Below, one piece after another: positions 1-6,391 of a stretch of 11,282 bases of DNA; within the stretch, counting starts at the first letter, position 1, and each line of letters begins with the position of its first letter. The stretch is from Bacteriovoracaceae bacterium (GTDB lineage: Bacteria > Bdellovibrionota > Bacteriovoracia > Bacteriovoracales > Bacteriovoracaceae), in the NCBI GenBank assembly GCA_049599895.1, contig JBMYPC010000101.1:1-11282 (forward strand), in the 5' to 3' direction. A program made the translations under genes and the position numbers. The notes under the pieces are model-generated. The model saw only the letters and a list, made by a program, of their open reading frames with translations, had not been told where the DNA came from and made no database searches.

Positions 1-2
1 CG

Positions 3-323
3 ATAGATATTTTAAAAACAAATCCAAGATTAAGCTCAAAAGAGGTGAAGTCTCTTCTTCTTGGAACTGTTGATATTGTCTCATCATTAAGTGACAAGGT
101 CTCAACCTCCGGTCTTTTAAACCCTGTTCGTGCTCTTAAAGCCGCAGAGCTTTCAATGAAAACTTCAATTGATAAGGCTATTGTAGAAGCTCACAAGTTC
201 ATTGCTGACTCCCCATTTCTTTCAGTAAGTCTTCAAGGTGATTCTGCAAAAGTTGAGTTATCCGAGAAAGAGAAAGAGATGAGGGATAACTCTTTAATGT
301 CCTCATTTGAGGATATCGATTAA
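3..323 (+). CDS. S8 family (subtilisin-like) serine peptidase, C-terminal fragment (5' truncated by the window edge)
   Basis: The frame is open from base 3, so the GTG at 45 is internal. It reads IDILKTNPRLSSKEVKSLLLGTVDIVSSLSDKVSTSGLLNPVRALKAA, matching the end of subtilase catalytic domains (nPxLtxxevKxiLlxTvdxxxxLxgKvxtgGxlNxxrAl), followed by a roughly 55-aa extension. Catalytic residues lie outside the window. Confidence 0.8.
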   Translation: MDILKTNPRLSSKEVKSLLLGTVDIVSSLSDKVSTSGLLNPVRALKAAELSMKTSIDKAIVEAHKFIADSPFLSVSLQGDSAKVELSEKEKEMRDNSLMSSFEDID

Positions 324-513
324 TTATAAATTTTGACTAAACTTTTTAAGTGATAGAAGCAAAGCGTAATACCGTTCTTATTAACGTTATTGCCTTAAAA
401 ATATCAATGAATCAGGGTGTCAGTTCAAATTGATTAGAACTCTGTTTGACTGCTCAAACTTTCGTCGATATGTTCAATCCCGATAAATTATAAAATTTAA
501 GGAGTACTAAAGA

Positions 514-2379
514 ATGAAGTTTATACTGGCAGGTCTATTACTAATAATATCTCTAAGCTCAAATGCTAAAATTACTTATGATTCGATAAAATGTCTTTCA
601 AATTCTCAGTTAAAGTCATTAGAAACAAAAATGGATTTAAAGATGACACTTGATGGAAATGGCGATTGTCGAAGCAATGATCCCAAGTCGAAGTTTCTTA
701 AGGCCTTAAGCCTTATTGAGCATTTTAAGACCTCTAATGTTCCTGCTTCTTTAGATAACGAGCTGTCTTCAAAATTAAAGAATTTTTTGGCAAGTCCGTT
801 TGAAGGATTCTTAGGAAGGACTAATAATTTCTTCCATAATAAGGGAATGGTGAGTCGTGTCCATAAACCAAGAGGGCTTAAGCAACTACAATTCGGTAAC
901 CGATTTTTTAATCTTTCTCCTCTTGAAGCTGCTCTTGAAATGGTGAGCTTTTCACTTGATAACGAAAGAGCTTCTTATGCAAAATGTTTAAGAGGTGAAT
1001 TTAGAGGGATTAAAGCTTGTGAACATAATTTTGAAACAAAAGATTTTGCAGGCCCATTTTCAACTAAGGTTCTTCTTTCTCTTGCTCTTGCACATGGAAC
1101 AAATAAACTTTCTGATTTAGTAAGTGCTGACAGACTCATTCAAATTGCGAAAAGACAGTTTTATACGGGGTTAAATCGTTATAAAGATTACCAAGGGCTA
1201 ATTATTGAAAGAATGATTTTTCTTGGTCGTGACCGAAAGCTTTATCAAATGCTTCCTTTTACTAAAAAACTTGTTCTTGTTGATATCGATTATTCAAAAT
1301 TCAAAGAAATCAAAAAAATTAAACACAATCGAAAAACTGGTGGTCTTTTTATATTCTTTGGCGAGGGAGAAATTGCAGAGCTAAGTGCTGATCTTAAGCT
1401 TCGGGTACTCAATTTTCCTTTAATGAATGGACAACGAATAAAAGTCAAAGACTATACTCCGGTCACAACATTTAATTTTGATGATGATTTGCTTAAAGCG
1501 AGTCATTACAATGTTGATTTTGTTCTTGATGAAAACAGCAGAGCCTTCATTCTTTTTGATGGTCATGAAAATGGTGAATCTGGATACTATACTCCAAATG
1601 ATCAATTAAGAATGCCGACAAAAAGCCTTACTTCATGCTGGCATCATGCGGTTTGTATTCTTGATGAGAATGGCAAAAGATGGTCTTGGTATAGAGCCTT
1701 TACAAATTTAAGACCCTATAAAACCTATCAAAATGACCAAAGGGTTCCTTGGCGTCATATTGATGGAGGCTACACTGAGTATGAAGTCTATGGAATTAAC
1801 GACAATGGTGTTCTTTATCAAAGAGATGGGGCTGCGATTGATCCATTTGAAAAGCATGATTTTCAAACAGGGACCGTTGACACTTTCAAGTTTGTTGAAA
1901 CGTCATCATTTTTCTCTCTTGCTGATCGATCAGCATTTTACACTCAAAGGGACGATTCGATCTTTGACGATGAAATGAAGAAAATTTCCCTCTCTGAAAT
2001 TTCTCCTATCAGAGATTATGACAAGGTCAGTGATTTCTATATTGCAAGTTTCATGAATCCATTTAAATTGAACACACAAGACTTTAGAAATAGATGTGAG
2101 GTTGTTTCAACAACCTATCATCCTTGGCTTCATTCATTTTTTGGAGTTAAGCGAAATGGAGATGTTGTTGTGGACCTTAATGGAAAGTGTCTTGAAACAA
2201 ATATGAAACAAAAAGAAAATGAGAGACTCGTTCTCTTTGGAATTTCAAAAAGAAATTTCTGGGGAGAGGTAGCTCTTAAGTTTAAAAATATACATGATAA
2301 TTCAAAGTCACGATACTATCCCGTTTATCAGAATGATTTAGGAGATGGTTGGATTGATCGCTATGGATCAACGAGATAG
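514..2379 (+). CDS. Secreted hypothetical protein, 621 aa (possible degenerate zincin-like N-domain plus beta-propeller-like region)
   Basis: Long ORF with AAGGAG SD at 499-504 and a Sec-type signal peptide MKFILAGLLLIISLSSNA|K. Recurring blade-like motifs occur in the C-terminal two thirds. The CDS is secure; the domain calls are inference. Confidence 0.85.
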   Translation: MKFILAGLLLIISLSSNAKITYDSIKCLSNSQLKSLETKMDLKMTLDGNGDCRSNDPKSKFLKALSLIEHFKTSNVPASLDNELSSKLKNFLASPFEGFLGRTNNFFHNKGMVSRVHKPRGLKQLQFGNRFFNLSPLEAALEMVSFSLDNERASYAKCLRGEFRGIKACEHNFETKDFAGPFSTKVLLSLALAHGTNKLSDLVSADRLIQIAKRQFYTGLNRYKDYQGLIIERMIFLGRDRKLYQMLPFTKKLVLVDIDYSKFKEIKKIKHNRKTGGLFIFFGEGEIAELSADLKLRVLNFPLMNGQRIKVKDYTPVTTFNFDDDLLKASHYNVDFVLDENSRAFILFDGHENGESGYYTPNDQLRMPTKSLTSCWHHAVCILDENGKRWSWYRAFTNLRPYKTYQNDQRVPWRHIDGGYTEYEVYGINDNGVLYQRDGAAIDPFEKHDFQTGTVDTFKFVETSSFFSLADRSAFYTQRDDSIFDDEMKKISLSEISPIRDYDKVSDFYIASFMNPFKLNTQDFRNRCEVVSTTYHPWLHSFFGVKRNGDVVVDLNGKCLETNMKQKENERLVLFGISKRNFWGEVALKFKNIHDNSKSRYYPVYQNDLGDGWIDRYGSTR

Positions 2380-2425
2380 TTCGAGAACTATCCGACAAAT
2401 GAATTTAACTATGAAGGAGTGTTAT

Positions 2426-2956
2426 ATGAAAAAGTTATTGTTATTAGTAAGTGCCTTATTTTTAAGTTTTAGTTTATCTGCCGCTGATGATCATCATCCG
2501 ATGACAAAGATGACGGGCCCTTCAGTTGACCTATCTTCTGTTGGACATACCATTGCAGGGCGAATTGGAGACAAACTGATCTTTGGAGATGTTTCTAGCC
2601 AGGGTGGACATAAGTCATCTGAAGTCACTCTTAAATATGATGGACAAGATATTAAGGCCACATTTGCCAACAATGGTGGTGCTTGGGGTGGAGAGCTTAA
2701 GACGATTCAAAAAACTCAAAAAGTAGAGTTTTCAAGAATTGATAAATCGATTCCTGCTTATTTTATTAAAGTTGACGGTGTCGAATACAAAGTAAGAGTC
2801 GACTCTGATGATTTTAAAAACAATCACTTCATCAATCCAACTTACACGTTAGAGCTTAATGGCCAAGACGTCGCTGTCAAAATGGAAAATGGTCAGGCTT
2901 GTTGGATGTACTCGCTTCACCTTATTTTCATGATCTTTGGAACTTATTTACTTTAA
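2426..2956 (+). CDS. Secreted hypothetical protein, 176 aa (beta-rich, hydrophobic C-terminal helix)
   Basis: Start moved from 2345 to ATG 2426 because of the AAGGAG SD at 2414-2419 and signal peptide MKKLLLLVSALFLSFSLSA|AD. This removes the overlap with the upstream gene. A terminator follows the stop. Confidence 0.85.
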   Translation: MKKLLLLVSALFLSFSLSAADDHHPMTKMTGPSVDLSSVGHTIAGRIGDKLIFGDVSSQGGHKSSEVTLKYDGQDIKATFANNGGAWGGELKTIQKTQKVEFSRIDKSIPAYFIKVDGVEYKVRVDSDDFKNNHFINPTYTLELNGQDVAVKMENGQACWMYSLHLIFMIFGTYLL

Positions 2957-2962
2957 TTTCTC

Positions 2963-2993
2963 ATGAGAAGGTTCTTCTGGACCTTCTCATTTT
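2963..2993 (+). terminator. Probable intrinsic terminator
   Basis: ATGAGAAGGTTC-TTCT-GGACCTTCTCAT forms a 12-bp stem with one G-U pair, 6 nt after the stop at 2956, and runs into a short T tract (TTTT, 2990-2993). Confidence 0.7.
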
Positions 2994-3004
2994 CCACTGT
3001 TCTG

Positions 3005-3013
3005 TGTTAGTTT
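3005..3013 (+). promoter_or_regulatory. Candidate extended -10 promoter for a leaderless uup transcript
   Basis: TG-T-TAGTTT ends 6 nt before ATG 3020. The upstream sequence is pyrimidine-rich with no SD. A possible -35, TTCTCA at 2984-2989, has an 18-nt spacer. Confidence 0.4.
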
Positions 3014-3019
3014 TCTCTA

Positions 3020-4945
3020 ATGAAGCCAATTTGCACATTAAAAAACCTAACACTGAGTCATCCCCATAAAGTTCTCTTTCAGTCAGTTAATTTCACTCTT
3101 AATGAAGGTGAGAGGATCGGTGTTCTTGGCCTTAATGGGCATGGAAAGTCTTCTCTTTTTAAGGTGATGGCCGAGAGGGTCACTCCTGATACAACAGTTC
3201 CGCCTTTTATCTTTGATAAGAGTAAAGACTTCTCACTCTTTTTAGTGCCTCAAGAGCTTCCAGTAATAAAGGATGTGACTGTTGAAAATTATCTCTATGA
3301 GTTTCATCCAGAGTTTAAAAAATATAAAGCCCGCCTAAATGAAATTGAAAAAGAGCTTCTTGAATCCGATGATTATGAAAAGCTTATTCATGAACAGACT
3401 GAGCTTTATGAAAAGCTATCTGAGCGAGGTGAAGATCGAGTTTATAATCAGTATATAAGTTATTTAAAGTTTTTTGGAATCACAGATCACGCATTAACAA
3501 TTGAAAACTTTTCAGGGGGAGAGCAAAGAAAGATTGCCTTAAGCTTAGGTCTTTCGGCTCCACAAAGGATTATCCTTTGGGACGAGCCGACAAACCATCT
3601 TGATCTCGAAACAATTGAGATGTTCGAAGATGAGGTTCGCCAATCGAATAAAACTTTTCTTATGATCTCTCATGATCGATCACTTCTTAATAATATTGTC
3701 GATCGTATTCTTCATATTCAATCGGGAAGTCTTGCGACTTTTAAAGGGACTTACTCAGATTATTTAAATCACTTAGTTGAAGAACAAGAAAGAAGAGAAA
3801 AAGAACTTGATCGTCTTTCCAATAAGCACAGACGAGAGACAGCGTGGATCAGAAGAGGCGTCAGTGCCAGAAGAACCAAGAGTAAAAAAAGAATCGATGA
3901 TTACCAAAGTCTGACAAGTGAGATTCAGTCTCTAAAAGCAAGGGCCCATAAAAAAGTCACTCTTGATATTAAAAGCTCAAAGAGAAAATCAAAAATTCTA
4001 GTCGAGGCCAAAGATCTTGGACTGTCCTTTGGAGAGAACTCTCTTTTTAAGGATATGAACTTTAAAATCGCCAAAGGAGACAAGATTGCTCTTCTTGGGA
4101 GAAATGGGGTTGGTAAAAGTTCTCTGATTAAACTTATCACAGAAGAACTCGCTCCGAGTCTCGGAAGTGTGAAAACGGCTCAAGATCTAAACATCGGCTT
4201 TTTCTCACAAAAAAGAGAATCTCTTAAAGATGATCTAACTCCATGGGAACTGATTGGAGAAGGCACTGACTTTATTTTCTCAAATACTGGTGAGAAAAAG
4301 CATGTCGCTGGCTACCTTGAAGGTTTTCTTTTCCAATCAGCGGAACTGAAAAGACCCATTTCGACTTTTTCAGGAGGAGAGAAGAACCGTCTTCAGTTAG
4401 CAAAGTTCATGAAAGATGCTAAAGATATTTGGGTTTTCGATGAGCCAACCAACGACCTTGATCTTGAAACGATTGGAATTCTGGAAGAAGAACTTAAAAA
4501 CTATGAAGGCGCTCTTGTTGTTATTGCCCACGACAGAGCTTTTATAGAGAATGTCGCTGATAAGTGTTGGGTGATCCATGACGAGAAACTTGAACAGTTT
4601 GATGGTGGTTTTTCTCAAGCCAGAGATTATATGGAGGCCTTAGAGCTTGAAGAAAAACTTAAAGAACTTGAACAGAAAAATACAGGCGCTCAAGAAAAGA
4701 AAACATCATCTGAGAAAATGACTTTTCAAGAGAAGAAACGCTATGAGGTGATTCAATCAGAAATTGAGGCTTGTGAACTTAAAATATCTGAGCTTGAGGC
4801 AGAGCTTGAAACTTTTGATTATTCCGATCAAGACTCTGGAGAAATGAAAAACCTTGAGAAATTGCAAAAGGACCTTTCAGATCAAAACCAAACTCTTGAG
4901 CAATTATTCGATGAATGGGAATACCTTGAAGGAAAGAAACCATGA
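3020..4945 (+). CDS. uup: ABC-F family ATPase, Uup-like
   Basis: Two ABC domains and no TM segments. Walker A motifs GLNGHGKS and GRNGVGKS, signature FSGGE twice, Walker B motifs ILWDEPTNHLD and WVFDEPTNDLD. Uup-type linker ETAWIRRGVSARRTKSKKRI and a C-terminal coiled coil (KMTFQEKKRYE...FDEWEYLE). Confidence 0.92.
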   Translation: MKPICTLKNLTLSHPHKVLFQSVNFTLNEGERIGVLGLNGHGKSSLFKVMAERVTPDTTVPPFIFDKSKDFSLFLVPQELPVIKDVTVENYLYEFHPEFKKYKARLNEIEKELLESDDYEKLIHEQTELYEKLSERGEDRVYNQYISYLKFFGITDHALTIENFSGGEQRKIALSLGLSAPQRIILWDEPTNHLDLETIEMFEDEVRQSNKTFLMISHDRSLLNNIVDRILHIQSGSLATFKGTYSDYLNHLVEEQERREKELDRLSNKHRRETAWIRRGVSARRTKSKKRIDDYQSLTSEIQSLKARAHKKVTLDIKSSKRKSKILVEAKDLGLSFGENSLFKDMNFKIAKGDKIALLGRNGVGKSSLIKLITEELAPSLGSVKTAQDLNIGFFSQKRESLKDDLTPWELIGEGTDFIFSNTGEKKHVAGYLEGFLFQSAELKRPISTFSGGEKNRLQLAKFMKDAKDIWVFDEPTNDLDLETIGILEEELKNYEGALVVIAHDRAFIENVADKCWVIHDEKLEQFDGGFSQARDYMEALELEEKLKELEQKNTGAQEKKTSSEKMTFQEKKRYEVIQSEIEACELKISELEAELETFDYSDQDSGEMKNLEKLQKDLSDQNQTLEQLFDEWEYLEGKKP

Positions 4946-6306
4946 GTAGAGAGGTGTCTCTTAAATCAATTAATCCGTATGATGGAAATCTTCTTAGAGA
5001 GTTCACTTGCCATTCAGACCAAGAGGTTAAAGAAATCCTCTCGCAGCACAAATTTGAATATCAAAACTGGAAAAATCAAAAATTAGACTTTCGCCTTCGT
5101 GCTTTAAAGAATCTCAAAGAAATTCTTTTAAAGAACCAAGAAGAACTTTCAAGACTTATGACTGAAGAGATGGGAAAGCCCATTTCTGAGGCAAAAGCAG
5201 AGATCAAGAAGTGTCATTTTCTCTGTGAGTACTATGAAGAAAAAGCAAAAAGTATCTTTTTAAAAAGAGATTATGAGTATCGTGATCAAAAAAGTGAACT
5301 TCATTTCTGTCCAATAGGAACAGTTTTTTGCATGATGCCTTGGAACTTTCCTTTTTGGCAGGTCTTTAGAGCAGCTGTTCCAACTCTTCTTTTAGGAAAT
5401 ACCGTTGTTTTAAAACATAGTGAGAACACCACGGGTTGCTCTTTAAAGTTAGAAGACATTTTTTCAAAAGCGGGATTTCCTTTTACATCGCTTGTTCTTA
5501 GTGTTGATCAGGTCGAAGCTGTGATCTCAAACCCTCAGGTTCAGGGAGTCGCTTTTACGGGTAGTACCGAAGTGGGAAGAATTATTTATGGGTATGCGGC
5601 AAAATATATCAAAAAAAGTGTTTTGGAATTAGGGGGAAGTGATCCCTACATTGTCTTTAAAGATGCTGATCTTGAGCTTGCTGCAAGAGAGTGTGTGAAA
5701 AGCCGTCTTATTAATACAGGACAATCATGTATCGCTGCAAAAAGAATTTTGATTCATAAAGACATCGAAGGAGGTTTTTTAAAAGCTTTGATTGAGGATA
5801 TAAAATCCTATGAATTTGGAGACCCTCTTGACGAGAAGACAAGTTTAGGAGTTCTTGCAAAGAAAAAAATCTTTGACGAGCTTAAAGGTCTTCTTCCTGT
5901 GAAAGATGATGAATTCTCTAAGCTTGTATGGAAATGGGATAAAGAAGAAAAGAAAGATCTTTTTATGGCCCCTCGAGTTTATAAAGTGAAAGATCATCAT
6001 CATCCACTTTTTCAAAATGAAACATTCGGTCCCATATTTTCTCTCTATGTTTTTGAAACAACTGAAGAGGCTATTTCTATTGCAAATGATTCCTCTTTTG
6101 GTCTTGGGGCAGCTTTGTTTTCAAAAGATTTTAAGAAGATAAAGATGATTGCAACTCATGAAATAGACTCAGGAAATGTCGCCATAAATAAAATGGTTTC
6201 CTCCCACCCAGCTTTTGCTTTTGGTGGTGAGAAACAAAGTGGGCTAGGGCGAGAACTTGCCGATATTGGTGCGCTTGAGTTCTCAAACCTTAAAACAGTT
6301 CTATAA
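4942..6306 (+). CDS. sad: NAD(P)-dependent aldehyde dehydrogenase, succinate-semialdehyde dehydrogenase (Sad/GabD1-like) subfamily
   Basis: Motifs SINP, EMGKP, MPWNFPFWQVFR, LKHS, FTGS, LELGGSDP (catalytic Glu), NTGQSCIAAKR (catalytic Cys), ETFGP and FGGEKQSGLGRE. ATGA overlap with the uup stop. The substrate is inferred from the subfamily only. Confidence 0.88.
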   Translation: MSREVSLKSINPYDGNLLREFTCHSDQEVKEILSQHKFEYQNWKNQKLDFRLRALKNLKEILLKNQEELSRLMTEEMGKPISEAKAEIKKCHFLCEYYEEKAKSIFLKRDYEYRDQKSELHFCPIGTVFCMMPWNFPFWQVFRAAVPTLLLGNTVVLKHSENTTGCSLKLEDIFSKAGFPFTSLVLSVDQVEAVISNPQVQGVAFTGSTEVGRIIYGYAAKYIKKSVLELGGSDPYIVFKDADLELAARECVKSRLINTGQSCIAAKRILIHKDIEGGFLKALIEDIKSYEFGDPLDEKTSLGVLAKKKIFDELKGLLPVKDDEFSKLVWKWDKEEKKDLFMAPRVYKVKDHHHPLFQNETFGPIFSLYVFETTEEAISIANDSSFGLGAALFSKDFKKIKMIATHEIDSGNVAINKMVSSHPAFAFGGEKQSGLGRELADIGALEFSNLKTVL

Positions 6307-6329
6307 ATTCAACAGCTTAAAGATGGTGT

Positions 6330-6357
6330 TAAAGTTTTTTACTCGGGTACTCGAAAA
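6330..6357 (+). promoter_or_regulatory. Candidate sigma28 (FliA)-type promoter
   Basis: TAAAGTTT (6330-6337) is an exact match to the extended sigma28 -35. It is followed by N12 and CTCGAAAA (6350-6357), 5/8 to GCCGATAA with the CGA core kept. The site lies 34 nt upstream of ATG 6392. Confidence 0.5.
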
Positions 6358-6391
6358 GGCTAGTGATAAAGCTTATTTCCTTGGAGAGAAA

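Noticed and set aside
333..360. TTGACT as a sigma70 -35
   Set aside because: No acceptable -10 at 16-18 nt spacing.
366..393. Imperfect hairpin GTAATACCGTT-CTTATT-AACGTTATTGC after the S8 gene, as a terminator or ncRNA
   Set aside because: AT-rich stem with a mismatch and no U-tract. It does not resemble a riboswitch or tRNA I recognise.
1420..1978. Short ORFs 1420-1605 (-) and 1733-1978 (+)
   Set aside because: Nested in the 621-aa gene with no recognisable motifs; shadow ORFs.
2345..2425. N-terminal extension of the 203-aa ORF
   Set aside because: It overlaps the upstream gene. The SD and signal peptide point to ATG 2426.
2958..2969. Palindrome TTCTCATGAGAA as an antiterminator
   Set aside because: As RNA it gives only a 4-bp stem, too weak to compete with the 12-bp terminator stem.
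3020..4945. ABC-F as a transporter subunit or antibiotic-resistance ABC-F
   Set aside because: No permease gene nearby. The linker motif and C-terminal coiled coil are those of housekeeping Uup.
3925..5051. Antisense ORFs 3925-4140, 3998-4183, 4397-4618 and 4779-5051
   Set aside because: They lie opposite the well-conserved uup and sad genes with no independent coding evidence.
6257..6391. N-terminal extension of the 648-aa ORF
   Set aside because: It overlaps sad and covers the promoter-like gap. The SD and lipobox support ATG 6392.
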